A DNA stretch of 37,859 nt from Octopus bimaculoides (GCF_001194135.2 NC_068981.1:166398517-166436375), one strand, 5' to 3'. Positions 1-11,807 are shown, counted from the first letter of the stretch. The notes: generated from the sequence alone by a model not told the origin. Made by a program: numbers and translations.

Positions 1-730
1 GAACGAAACACTGCAGACTGCAGCGTTCGTTTCACAAAAATTTTCATGGCTACAAGACGCCATTGTCTCAAAAAAAATGGCTAGAAAGCCAAGATTGGTT
101 TTTATATCCTGGAAATGTGCCACACAGGGCAGATTTCCGTCGCAAAAAACTTGCACCAGAGAGTCTACAAGTTGTTATACAACTTTGTATATAAAATAAA
201 TTTTACAAACAAACTTTTTAAAACATGAAAAAGGCAAAACTTACAGAGCCGACACGTCTACCGTCCGTCCATAGAGATAGATAGATAGATAGTTAAATAG
301 ATAGAGAGGGAAAGAGAGAGATACATACATACAGGGAGACATCAGCTTAAGTCGTTCATAATATATGGGAAAATGAAAATCAAGTTTAGTCGTTTTAATC
401 AACTTTACGTTGGTCTGTCAATATTGGAATCATAAAAACACTAAAATACATTAAGAGCACATAAAATCATGCTGCAATAAGAATAAACGCATATAAAATC
501 ATATTAAAATACAGTAAATGCTAACATATACACCATAAAGTAGTGTAACCTAGTTCACTAAAGCATGAAATCAGCTGTGTTGTCTTATTTATCTGTCTTT
601 CGGAGCTCATATTGCACTGGAAGTTCCAATATCTATCATTAGGCATCGTCATGGTTCCTGCAATTGTTTTGAATTCAGATTTGTTTATTGTTTAGATTCT
701 CTCCTTTACATTCATTTGTAACTTTAATTT

Positions 731-1298
731 TTGCCTCCTAAGAAAAGTCCTGGTGAAAGTGTTAAGTATCATGTTATAACGCTGGAAGATAAGTTGGTGA
801 GGGTAAAACATCATGATAAAGGTGAAAAAGTTGTAGCAATTGTACGATCTTTTGAGGTGAGTCGGACAACTGTATCGACGAAGGTGCATAATGACATGAT
901 TTTAACACATATCACATCTGAAGCCCCAGGGATCAAGAATACTGTCATTGGCAAGAAAAGCGGCAAAATCTTTGAAGGAATGGAAAGTCTTCTATCTATT
1001 TAGATTGATAGGCAGAAATATCAGAATGCTTAATCAAGAAATTGTTCAGCAGAAAATGTTGTCTTTGAGGACCTGAAGAAAAAATACCCAGATGAGAAAG
1101 ATGTAGAGTTCAAGGCAAGTCAAGGATGATTTATGAGATTTAAAAACCAGAGAAATTATCACTTCCTTAAAGGAGCAAGGTGAAAGCGCATCAGCTGATG
1201 AACATGCAGCAGTGGAATTTCCTGCGACATTGAAGACCATTGAAGAAAACGAGCAACAAAATCAAGAAGAGCAAGTTGAACCTGAGCCATGCCATTTT
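731..1298 (+). pseudogene. Tigger/pogo-family transposase remnant, N-terminal part (CENP-B-type HTH domains)
   Basis: ORF 731-1003 (MPPKK...ITLEDKL...GEKVVAIVRSFEVSRTTVST...EGMESLLSI*) continues through stops and a frameshift as FEDLKK...EFKASQG*FMRFK...GESASADEHAAVEFPATLKTIEE. This matches the Tigger HTH-psq/CENP-B and GEAASAD motifs by eye. Confidence 0.9.
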
Positions 1299-1954
1299 CA
1301 TCATCATCATCATCATCATCGTTTAACGTCCGCTTTCCATGCTAGCATGGGTTGGACGATTTGACTGAGGACTGGTGAAACCGGATGGCAACACCAGGCT
1401 CCAGTCTGATTTGGCAGAGTTTCTACAGCTGGATGCCCTTCCTAACGCCAACCACTCAGAGAGTGTAGTGGGTGCTTTTACGTGTCACCCGCACGAAAAT
1501 GGCCACGCTCGAAATGGTGTNNNNNNNNNNNNNNNNNNNNNNNNNNNNNNNNNNNNNNNNNNNNNNNNNNNNNNNNNNNNNNNNNNNNNNNNNNNNNNNN
1601 NNNNNNNNNNNNNNNNNNNNNNNNNNNNNNNNNNNNNNNNNNNNNNNNNNNNNNNNNNNNNNNNNNNNNNNNNNNNNNNNNNNNNNNNNNNNNNNNNNNN
1701 NNNNNNNNNNNNNNNNNNNNNNNNNNNNNNNNNNNNNNNNNNNNNNNNNNNNNNNNNNNNNNNNNNNGTCTCGGTCCGTAGTCATCGCCTCGGTGAGGCC
1801 CAATGTACGAAGGTCTTGCCTCACCACCTCAGCCCAGGTCTTCCTGGGCCTACCTCTTCCACGGGTTCCCTCAACTGTTAGGGTGTGGCACTTTTTCACG
1901 CAGCTATCCTCCTCCATTCTCACCACATGTCCATACCAGCGCAATCGTCTCTCT
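1299..1954 (-). mobile_element. 5'-truncated RTE-clade LINE: RT C-terminus, 3'UTR and (ATG)n tail; CATTTT target-site duplication
   Basis: Minus ORF reads RWYGHVVRMEEDSCVKKC...RGRGRPRKTW...DRD, a typical RTE C-terminus. (CAT)n tail starts at 1299. CATTTT at 1293-1298 and 1955-1960. Spans the 1521-1767 gap. Confidence 0.9.
1521..1767. other. Assembly gap (N run)
   Basis: Run of N. Confidence 1.
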
Positions 1955-2221
1955 CATTTTACCATTAAGAAAATGCAGCAAACATTTATACACAAAAAAG
2001 ATCTTGCTGTGTTTGAAGATATGGATCCAAATGCTCAACACTTTTCCAAGATTATGGAGGCTTATCACAAAGCTTTTGCTCTTTATGTAATCCTTGATGA
2101 AAAGAAGACAGTTCAAGGCACTCTTGACCAATTTATTAAATGCATCAAATAACAAGAACTGCCAGAATCAGCTGATGATGTTGACGCTGACAATCCTCAG
2201 CCATCTACATCTACAATGTAA
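1955..2221 (+). pseudogene. Tigger/pogo transposase remnant, C-terminal part
   Basis: HFTIKKMQQTF...FEDMDPNAQHFSKI...DEKKTVQGTLDQF...PQPSTSTM* resembles Tigger C-termini (DPN, KKTVQxTLDxF, PQPSTS). It rejoins 731-1298 in frame once the RTE and one TSD copy are removed. Confidence 0.85.
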
Positions 2222-2310
2222 ACACCACCAAATTTTACATATTGGTAAATTTGAAATACTTTATTTTTAATTTTTTTTTTTTTACTTTATCACAAAATAA
2301 TGATTATTTA

Positions 2311-2497
2311 CTCTTTTACTTGTTTCAGTCATTTGACTGTGGCCATGCTGGAGCACCGCCTTTAGTCAAGCAAATCGACCCCAGGACTTATTCTTTGTAA
2401 GCCTAGTACTTATTCTATCGGTCTCTTTTGCTGAACTGCTAAGTTACGGAGACATAAACACACCAATATCGGTTGTCAAGCGACGTTGGGGGGACAA

Positions 2498-2548
<51 letters not shown>

Positions 2549-2586
2549 GCTTCTTTCAGTTTCCATCTACCAAATCCACTCACAGA
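2311..2586 (-). mobile_element. SINE family A, 3' portion with internal (TA)n
   Basis: Reverse complement of the body and tail of the 2979-3370 copy (CTCTTTTACTTGTTTCAGTCATTTGACTG...AAATCCACTCACA). Confidence 0.85.
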
Positions 2587-2864
2587 CATCCAAAGGACAA
2601 AGTTGATTTTGGTGGGATTTGAACTCTGAATAAAAGAAGCCAAAATGTTCCAGCTTCATCTGATGCTCTAATAATTCTGTCAGTTTTTCACCTCTATGGC
2701 ACACAATAGTTAAAAGCTAGATATAACAGCATGCATGCTTGTATATTTTCTTGATTTTTTACCTGCACTAAAGTAAGATCGGTGACAAAAACAGTGAATC
2801 AAATGTAATTAATAAAACTGATGACTTTTGATGTTTAGCCTAAGTCAGCTCTAATCCTGTAGAC

Positions 2865-3502
2865 CAATGGTTTTCAACCATTTTTCTGCCTATGGACCCC
2901 TTTGATTCCTATTTTACTCTGATGAATCTCCATGTTAAAAAATCCCATTATCTTTTTATAATTAAATATTATTATATAGGCGCAGGAGTGGCTGTGTGGT
3001 AAGTAGCTTGCTTACCAACCACATGGGTCTGGGTTCCGTCCCACTGCGTGGCACTTTGGGCAAGTGTCTTCTACTATAGCCTCAGGCCGACCAAAGCCTT
3101 GTGAATGGATTTGGTAGACGGAAACTGAAAGAAGCCCGTCGTATATATGTATATGTGTGTTTGTGTGTCTGTGTTTGTCCCCCCAACATTGCTTGACAAC
3201 CGATGCTGGTGTGTTTATGTCCCTGTCACTTAGCGGTTCGGCAAAAGAGACCGATAGAATAAGTACTAGGCTTACAAAGAATAAGTCCCGGGGTCGATTT
3301 GCTCGACTAAAGGTGGTGCTCTAGCATGGCCGCAGTCAAATGACTGAAACAGATAAAAAAAAAGAGTAAGGGTTTTATTAAAAAAATTAAAATGTTTTGT
3401 GTGTTGTAGAAGTGTAACTAATTTATTGCTCACAAACTTTAACAACAAAATCTTATATGGACCCCCAAGGGTCATATAAGGGACCCTAGTTGAGAACCAC
3501 TG
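2865..3502. mobile_element. Charlie-type hAT MITE interrupted by a SINE
   Basis: TIRs CAATGGTTTTCAAC (2865) and GTTGAGAACCACTG (ends 3502). Exact 8-bp TSD CTGTAGAC at 2857-2864 and 3503-3510, with central TA as in Charlie/Buster hATs. Confidence 0.9.
2979..3370 (+). mobile_element. Full-length tRNA-derived SINE, family A (CORE-like)
   Basis: Head GGCGCAGGAGTGGCTGTGTGGTAAG (A-box-like), GGTTCCGTCCC (B-box-like), CORE-like TTGGGCAAGTGTCTTCTACTATAGCCTC, internal (TA)/(TG) tract and AAAAGAGT-type tail. About ten related copies in the window. Confidence 0.9.
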
Positions 3503-3559
3503 CTGTAGACCCATAATCAGAGGCAGTTCGTCCATGACTATTCCTTCTTATTTTCATCC

Positions 3560-3950
3560 ACAGGTGTGGTTGTGTGGTTAAGAAACTTACTTCCCAACCG
3601 TGTTGTACTTTGGATGAGTACATGGCACTTTGGGTCAGTGTTTTCTTCTATAGCCCTGGGCCAACCAAATCCTCATGAGTAAATTTGGTTGACGGAAAGT
3701 GAAAGAAGTCTCTGTGTGTGATGTACTTTTGTCTAGACATCACATGATGATTGTAAATGAGTATCATCATATAAGCAAGGTTGTTTATTTCCAGTCTTCT
3801 GTGAAGAACATATCTAGGTATGAGAAATACTACCTTGCTTGGAAACAGATGAGGGTTGGAAATGGGAAGGGCATTTGGCCATAGAAAATCTACCCCAACT
3901 AATTACATTTGACCCATGCAAACATAGAAAAGTGAACAGGAAATGATGAT
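3560..3950 (+). mobile_element. Diverged SINE A-like head followed by an RTE-like 3' end
   Basis: GGTGTGGTTGTGTGGTTAAG...GGCACTTTGGGTCAGTGTTTTCTTCTATAGCCC, then GGAAGGGCATTTGGCCATAGAAAATC...ACCCATGCAAACATAGAAAAGTG...ATGATGAT. Confidence 0.6.
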
Positions 3951-5280
3951 GATTCTCTTATATGTCCTTGAATATGATTGGAAGAAGATTTTTTGTTATA
4001 TCCAGCAGTTTATGCAACCACAGAGACTCTCTCATTGGCCTATAAAATGATGAAAGTGACACAATGGAAATTTTCATTCAATTTCCATGTAAGAAAAATA
4101 TTTAAAATGCTGTATCACAACATATTATTATGTTATAATCTGTTTTGATTTGGCTCATTAATATTATGTGTAACAGCTGTGCTTTTACCATAGTTTTTAT
4201 AAATGTAGCCTATTTAAAGGTTAAAAGACAGTAGTTAAGCTGATAAGATATAAACTAGATTTAACAGCTTGTGTATTTCTAAATATCCTTGATTTTTACC
4301 ATTGATGATCATCATTATTATGCAGTAAGCAATAAAGAGATGATTAGAAATTTTTATGCAGTGAGAAACAAACAGTTAGTAAATGACGTATCTTTTCCTT
4401 CATGCCAACAAATACAAGAGACAACCCATGACATGTTTTGGTTTTATTATAACCTCATATTGACAGTATTTGTTAAAGTAGTGATGAGAGACTCACTAAA
4501 TACAAAATATTGTACACTGGTTAACATAGAAAATTTGTTTAATGTTTATTACTTAACTGAAAACGGAGCAAGTTGACAGAATCCTTAGTTTTTCATTCTC
4601 TGATCAAATCCAACTAAAGTTGACTTTATTGTTCTTCCCTTTGGTGTCAGTAAAACCTGTTAGTAAGCTACAACAGTGATGATTCAATTGGCTGCACTAT
4701 CTTCTTCATAAAAATAGGTTTTATTCATTGGTTTAGTCTGGAGAAAGGTACTGTGCCCATGGCTCTTGCTGGCACTCCTTGTAAGATCAACATGGTTAAC
4801 ATTCTTTCTGAAATAGCTGCTTGTCAATAACAAGAAAAATCTGTAGGGAAGGAATTTCAGGAGGAATGCTGTTCTTGAGAGGAAAAGGCTGGGTGTAGTA
4901 GTTAGTGGAGAGCCTAGTTAGAGGAAATGATGGTTCAAAAGAATTCTACCAATGTTTAGAATTGAAATATGAACTATGTGATTGTTGATTAGGGGCAATA
5001 TTGATAGGGTTTCTGATTCCTAGTTCAATTACATTATTTTTTAATCAGATCCTTTTTTTTCTTATCAGATTATGGTGACTGATTTTGCCTTGATCCTTTC
5101 TTAATAGTTGGTAGCAGATACCAATAGTAAAGTTTTAGTTGATAAGACTTGTAATTAAATTCTAATCTACATCCTGTATCATATCATCTAAGGGCCAATG
5201 TAGGTATCAGATTCATACAGATTAATATTTTCAGGTCCATGTAACTCATGCCAACTTAGAAAAAATTATGACTAATATAC

Positions 5281-5313
5281 CTTTGTTCCTAAGTCTTCTT
5301 GATTAAGGTTGAC
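5281..5313 (-). other. Candidate 33-nt coding exon (VNLNQEDLGTK), unassigned
   Basis: Acceptor CTGTTTTCCTTGTTTTCCAAGTGTTAG, donor AAG|GTATAT, only the phase-0 frame is open. Could be chance. Confidence 0.2.
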
Positions 5314-5727
5314 CTAACACTTGGAAAACAAGGAAAACAGGCATTAAAATCATAGTGATAACACTAGGTCTATTCTGATAAAGGCAAGACAAGTTTGTTC
5401 AAGTTACCATATACAGTGTAATTAAAACTTTGAAAGAGAGGCTTGAATTGCAATAAATAATTTTCAATTTAATCTTTCATTATATCTAGTTCTTTAAAGC
5501 TACGATAGTCACAGCTGTTGTTGGTACAAATACAATTTTTGACAGTTGGCATAATCTGATCTTTTGAATAAAGAATTTAAATTTCTTGTTACAACTGGTC
5601 AGTGAGATAATATAGAAAGAATTTTGTGCAGTATATAATTGATTGCCTGTCTCTTGGAAAAGAACGGGACTACTTTTCAAATATGACCATTCCACTAGTA
5701 GATAAACATTTTTTTTCTCTTTAGAGC

Positions 5728-5886
5728 AGGGATGGTGCAGGACATGTGGTTAAGAATTTCATTTTGCATCCAGATGGTCTTGAGTTCAATCCCATGGCAC
5801 TTTGAGCAAGTGTCTCCTACCATAGCTTTGGGCTGACTGATGTTTCCTAAGTGAAATTTGGTACATGGAAACCTATACAGAAGCCC

Positions 5887-5930
<44 letters not shown>
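5728..5930 (+). mobile_element. Diverged SINE A 5' half ending in (GT)n
   Basis: GCAGGACATGTGGTTAAG...GAGTTCAATCCCATGGCACTTTGAGCAAGTGTCTCCTACCATAGC...AGAAGCCC, then GT microsatellite 5889-5930. Confidence 0.7.
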
Positions 5931-5935
<5 letters not shown>

Positions 5936-6988
5936 GGCCATCAAACATGTAGTTTATGTATCTCAAGCAATACCACCTGCTTAGTAGTTTGATGTGCATA
6001 GACACAGAATAAAGTATATTTTTCGAAAGCAATCAAATGCTGGCACCAAGGAAAGAATCTGACTGCAGGACTGCCTCAGGAAGCTTTGTCCAACTTATGT
6101 CAGCATAAAGAAAATGGACATAAAAGTGAACTAATAAACTATAAGACTGCTACAAACAATAACCATGTGAGAGTTATTGTCAAGATGATTGCTCTGATTA
6201 GCTGTGATAATAAATGGCCAACAAAATCAAAATCAAAATCAACTGTTTATCACAAGGATCTATAGAGTTAGAGATTAACATCCTAACATTAGTTTCATTA
6301 ACATTAAATAGATAGAAGATACATTTCTACTTAGGCAGGCACTGGTTTGACACATAAAGAATTGAACTTAGCATTTTAAGCCAATGGAATTCTTGTGAGT
6401 TACATAAATTACCATTCATGAATTACGACTGTTCATTTACATGTTTCACAGGTAAAATACAAATACAAGCTTGCTGCCTAGCAGGAATAAGATTACCAAA
6501 ACTGACTCCCTTGCCTTTCCACTTTTCATTATACTTTAACATCGCCACACTTCCAGTTCCATGCCAACTATTATGCTTAGCTTTTTCTTCCCAGAACATT
6601 GATTCTCTAGAATCATCTCTCTACTTATACTCCTCCTGCAACAGTTTAAACTGAACATTAAAGGCATCAAGCTCACTGGTCTTGATGTACCTTCAAAGGT
6701 CATGGACACTGTTCCTTTCTCCTGACTCAGCAAGGAAAAGAAAACACACAATATAACTAACACCCTTGATCTCATTTCTCTTCTTTAAAATAAGTTTTCT
6801 ATCATTTTGTTTTTATCATTATCTTCGTTTTTGCATTAGTTTTCCATACTGGCATGGGTTGGATGGGTTGTCATGTTCCAAATCAGTCTTTATTCAGTCA
6901 CCAACCTCTTATAACGGGTTAGAGAATCAGTGACGTGATTTTTACAATTTTATCTACCATCTCACCTTCCATCTGGCTAGAACCTTAC

Positions 6989-7070
6989 CTCAGCCACTGA
7001 TAATTGTCTTTTGACCAGATTTGTTTAGAGACTCAAGGTCTTCTCTCTTGCAATTTTCAAAAGAAAGAGC
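6989..7070 (-). other. Candidate 82-nt exon (ALSFENCKREDLESLNKSGQKTIISG*), unassigned
   Basis: Acceptor AATTCTCTTGATTTCAG and donor GAG|GTAAGG. Phase-0 frame is open until a TGA one base before the donor. Confidence 0.2.
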
Positions 7071-8109
7071 CTGAAATCAAGAGAATTTACTCTAGTATTT
7101 TAATGGTACATATTTGATGGTAGAGAAATAAAAGGCAAAATTAAGCCCATTGAGATTTGAGCTCACAAAAATAAAGCACTTCTCATTTTTTTTTTTTTAT
7201 TATTAAAAATAATTTTAAATATTATTTGTTTTATACGTTCAACAATTCTGTCGTCTTATTGATTCTTCACTAATTTTTTTCCATATTTACATGAGTGGAA
7301 TTAGCTTTTGTAAATCTGGACATTTGTATATTATTGGCCTTTTTTTAATATGTATTTACCCTTCTTACTGTTACTCTCTCAACTATGATGTCATACTGTT
7401 CCGATTTACAGGGTATTGGTCTACCGTGCCTTTACTTGGTCATTCAACATACTAGAAATAGCAGCTGAATATTCAATATCTGAGAAAAGAATGGAGTGGT
7501 TATGGCTGGAATGACTACAGGTTGCCAATACCTGGTCTATGTGCGTATCTGTACAGCTAAATGTAACAAAAATAGTTAGCTAAAGTTTAGATTAATGGGC
7601 CAAATGGCATAAATTAGCAGAGAAAAAAAATTAAATGTGATTAAGCAATAATCCTATTAAGATTAATTTCATGTTTGTATAGTTTCGAGAAGATCAGGTA
7701 CCAATGAATTACATTCACGTACAATAACAATTAATACAAACAATAATTGTTTTTTTTATCAAGCAAATCTTTTCTTATTGACAAAATTTTATGTAGTAAA
7801 CATTTTATTTATAGAATAGTTGAATCATTTTCTACTTGAAGCTAACCAATCCCTGGCAGTAAATCCTGCAGAAGAAATAGCATATAACTCTAAGTAGTTA
7901 TTTATTTCTTTAAAATTTTGCTATTAAAAACTAAACTGGATTGGTTTCTATTTAGGTGAGTTCTGAGTTTCAGTTCCCATATAACTACAGCAAAAGTGAT
8001 AAATTGGTTGAGTCAGACTGACAGATGAATTGCCTTACTGTATTTAGTTGCACTCTTTTATGTTTTGACTTTGAATTTTGACAACATTGGTTGTTCCTTT
8101 CATTTTCTC

Positions 8110-8440
8110 ACCACATAACATCTCTTTTTCCATGCTGGCATGGATTGGACAGTTTAACATGAACTGACCAGCCAGAGGGTTGTGCCAAGCTCCATTGTCA
8201 GCTTTTGCATGGTTTCTACAACTGGATGCCCTTCCTAATGTAAACCACTTCACAGAGTGTACTGGGTGCCTTTTTCATGGCACCAGCACCAAGTACTCAT
8301 AAGACAAGACTCTTCAACTGAGTTGGGTACAGTATTGAGGGACATAAAATATGATAGAGGAGCAGGAGCAAGTGTCTTGCTGAAGAGGTAGAGACATGGT
8401 TTCCCTATCTGGAAAGAGAGAGATATAAGATCAGGGTACA
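8110..8440 (-). mobile_element. Diverged RTE-family 3' end
   Basis: TTTCCATGCTGGCATGGATTGGAC...TTTCTACAACTGGATGCCCTTCCTAATG...AACCACT is shared with 1299-1520 and 9655-9851. Confidence 0.7.
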
Positions 8441-9059
8441 AGACAAATATGAGAAAATGGATAAAGGAACAGAAAAGGTGGGTGGTCAGTTAAATGCACT
8501 GGAGTTGAAGTAATGCAACAAATGATTAGAGATGAGGATTGAATTGGACACAGTGAATATCAGTTTGGGAGAGGGGCTTGCTAAGGTTAATAAAATAAGG
8601 TACCAGTAAAATACTTGGGTAGATTTAATTAGCCATTACCATCCCCCAGAATTTGTGGTTGTAGAGTCAATATTAGAAATCATTAATGTCTCTTGAGAAA
8701 GAACTATTGGCATTTCTATTGAGTTATGTTATCTGTCAGTTATAGGTAAGAGACCTGAACCCACAATTATGCTGTATTGTAGTATTTTACCAAAATATTT
8801 GTGCCACTTGAAAATTACTTCTTCATTGGCTGCAACTGAGATGCATTTCATAATACTGTTCCCCCATTAGCTTTGGTTAAGTTTCATGTCGAGTATTTCT
8901 CCCAATAACATCAATGTAGTTGATCAGTTTTCATTCTTTATTAGGGTGCAGAAGTTTCCAAAATATATAAACTGATATTGTCTATTATTCAACAATGATA
9001 GCAAAGCCTTCCTTGTGATGAGCAACAATTGTAGAGTTGAGTGGAATACATAAGTCCAA

Positions 9060-9270
9060 GAACAAAATTTTGCATAGTGGGATGCAAACCTAGTTTTTCA
9101 GGAGGATGTTCGAAGCATTTTCATTGCCCCTTTTCCAGAACCTGTGATGGAATGCATCCATTAATTTTATCATATTTTGAACCTTCATGAGAAGCCTGGC
9201 GTGTATACCATCAAGATGATCTCAAAGTTCCTTATTCATAGTCCATCATCTTTCTTCAGCTCCATTGAGA
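9060..9270 (-). mobile_element. Decayed RTE-X/RTE-like LINE RT C-terminal remnant
   Basis: Minus-strand translation NGAEER*WTMNKEL*DHLDGIHARLLMKVQN and KTRFASHY resembles the LYGxExWTxxKxLxxRLDGxYTRLLxxVxN...RLRFAGH motif series. Confidence 0.6.
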
Positions 9271-9309
9271 TGAATGCACTCCCTATACAAAGACAATAAA
9301 GCTTGCTCT

Positions 9310-9490
9310 AAAATGCTTAGCAGCATCTCATCCATCTTTATGTTCTGGGTTCAAATTCTGCCAAGGTTGACTTTGCCTTTCATTCTTTTGTGGTTGATAA
9401 AATAAGTACTACTTGAGCACTGAGGTCGATGTAATTGACTTATCCCCTCCCCTAAAATTGCTATCCATGTGCCAAAATTTGAAACCAATG
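9310..9490 (+). mobile_element. SINE family C copy
   Basis: GTTCAAATTCTGCCAAGGTTGACTTTGCCTTTCATTCTTTTGTGGTTGATAAAATAAGTAC...CCCCTAAAATTGC...GTGCCAAAATTTGAAACC. Homologous to 32850-33000 and to reverse fragments near 2590, 7130 and 37100. Confidence 0.75.
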
Positions 9491-9654
9491 TGAGGTTTGG
9501 GTGAGAGACCTACTCTATAAAATATCTACACTAGATTAAGGGCAACTTGTGGCACTAGGGCCACATGCAGTCTTTTATGACATTTTCTATGTCACAGGTA
9601 ATGTCATGATAAACATAACTCTAATAAATTTTGTAACATAGTCTTTAGGTCTCA

Positions 9655-9851
9655 TCATCATCATCATCATCGTTTAACGTCTGCTTTCCATGCTAGCATG
9701 GGTTGGACGATTTGACTGAGGACTGGTGAACCAGATGGCTACACTAGGCTCCAATCTGGCAGAGTTTCTACAGCTGGATGCCCTTCCTAACACCAACCAC
9801 TCCGAGAGTGTAGTGGGTGCTTTTACGTGCCACCAGCACGAAGGCCAGTCA
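9655..9851 (-). mobile_element. RTE LINE 3'UTR fragment with (ATG)n tail
   Basis: Closely matches 1299-1500 (CATCATCGTTTAACGTC...GGATGCCCTTCCTAAC...GTGGGTGCTTTTACGTG). Confidence 0.9.
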
Positions 9852-9971
9852 CGTCTAAATTGTATTAATTTGAAAAAATTTATTTCTTTCTGTCATTCAT
9901 GTCTTTTTTTAATTAATTTTTTTTTTATAATTGGCTTAGTATAATATAGGGTGCGCTCTATACCTCATATA

Positions 9972-10654
9972 NNNNNNNNNNNNNNNNNNNNNNNNNNNNN
10001 NNNNNNNNNNNNNNNNNNNNNNNNNNNNNNNNNNNNNNNNNNNNNNNNNNNNNNNNNNNNNNNNNNNNNNNNNNNNNNNNNNNNNNNNNNNNNNNNNNNN
10101 NNNNNNNNNNNNNNNNNNNNNNNNNNNNNNNNNNNNNNNNNNNNNNNNNNNNNNNNNNNNNNNNNNNNNNNNNNNNNNNNNNNNNNNNNNNNNNNNNNNN
10201 NNNNNNNNNNNNNNNNNNNNNNNNNNNNNNNNNNNNNNNNNNNNNNNNNNNNNNNNNNNNNNNNNNNNNNNNNNNNNNNNNNNNNNNNNNNNNNNNNNNN
10301 NNNNNNNNNNNNNNNNNNNNNNNNNNNNNNNNNNNNNNNNNNNNNNNNNNNNNNNNNNNNNNNNNNNNNNNNNNNNNNNNNNNNNNNNNNNNNNNNNNNN
10401 NNNNNNNNNNNNNNNNNNNNNNNNNNNNNNNNNNNNNNNNNNNNNNNNNNNNNNNNNNNNNNNNNNNNNNNNNNNNNNNNNNNNNNNNNNNNNNNNNNNN
10501 NNNNNNNNNNNNNNNNNNNNNNNNNNNNNNNNNNNNNNNNNNNNNNNNNNNNNNNNNNNNNNNNNNNNNNNNNNNNNNNNNNNNNNNNNNNNNNNNNNNN
10601 NNNNNNNNNNNNNNNNNNNNNNNNNNNNNNNNNNNNNNNNNNNNNNNNNNNNNN
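9972..10654. other. Assembly gap (N run)
   Basis: Run of N. Confidence 1.
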
Positions 10655-10664
10655 TGTATGTATG

Positions 10665-10705
<41 letters not shown>

Positions 10706-10919
10706 TTGTGTGTCTGTGTTTGTGTGTCTGTGTTTGTCCCCCCACCATTGCTTGACAACTGATGCTGGTGTGTTTACGTCCCCGTAACTTAGCGGTTCGG
10801 CAAAAAGAGACCGATTGAATAAGTACTAGGCTTACAAAGAATAAGTCCTGGGGTCGATTTGCTCGACTAAAGGTGGTGCTCCAGCATGGCCGCAGTCAAA
10901 TGACTGAAACAAGTAAAAG
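10655..10919 (+). mobile_element. SINE A 3' half (5' half probably in the gap)
   Basis: (TA)n, then GTGTTTGTCCCCCCACC...GGTTCGGCAAAAAGAGACCG...GACTGAAACAAGTAAAAG, matching 3170-3360. Confidence 0.85.
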
Positions 10920-11423
10920 CGTAGATAAAGCAATTTGCTATAAACTGTTAGCATAATTTGTGTTGCCCTACTTGTATAAATTTATGGTGATACTTTTCTT
11001 GATTAAGTGTTTATCAACATACCTTTGAAAATTTATCATACTTATGACTAAACTGTCAAATTTGGTACGCCCAATGCATTATGAGATTCTCAAGTGCTAT
11101 CTCCATTCTCACCTAGTTACTTCGAGTTTTTGTAATCCCTTGATCAGCTAGAAATAGCAGCTAAATATCCTTTGAATCAAATGCCACTACTAAGGACACA
11201 CAGTAGATACTAAAGTTCAAGGTGTCATCCAAAAGATGAAGTGGCCACAAGTTGGAATACCTTTGATCATAGGTCAACAGGATCAGAGCTGACTTGCAGC
11301 AAAACAACAACCTACCTACTTAAAGCCCCCCTGTGATGATTCAACCTGCTAAAAATAGCAGCCAAATCAGTATCAAATTATACCTCTCTTAAAAAAGAAA
11401 AAAAGGCAAGGACATGTTAGATT

Positions 11424-11807
11424 GCTGTTGGCACTCCGTCACTTACGACGTCAAGGGTTCCAGTTGATCCGATCAACGGAACAGCCTGCTCGTGAAATTA
11501 ACGTGCTTGTGGCTGAGCACTCCACAGACACGTGTACCCTTAACGTAGTTCACGGGGATATTCAGCGTGACACAGTGTGACAAAGCTGACCCTTTGAATT
11601 ACAGGCACAACAGAAACAGGAAGTAAGAGTGAGAGAAAGTTGTGGTGAAAGAGTACAGCAGGGTTCGCCACCATCCCCTGCCGGAGCCTCGTGGAGCTTT
11701 AGGTGTTTTCGCTCAATAAACACTCACAACGCCCGGTCTGGGAATTGAAACCGCGATCCTATGACCGCGAGTCTGCTGCCCTAACCACTGGGCCATTGCA
11801 CCTCCAC
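11424..11807 (-). mobile_element. Full-length tRNA-derived SINE, family B, with 12-bp TSD
   Basis: Minus head GTGGAGGTGCAATGGCCCAGTGGTTAGGG (A box) ...GGTTTCAATTCCC (B box). TSD ACATGTTAGATT at 11412-11423 and 11808-11819. Confidence 0.9.

Noticed and set aside
1-270. Several short imperfect hairpins at the window start
   Set aside because: Probably the end of a repeat cut by the window boundary; cannot be classified from this sequence.
9936-10787. Long ORFs of 266-278 aa
   Set aside because: Almost entirely N-gap plus microsatellite and SINE sequence.
11735-11807. tRNA-like sequence with A and B boxes (also at 2979 and 36710)
   Set aside because: These are SINE heads attached to SINE bodies; no complete cloverleaf was seen.
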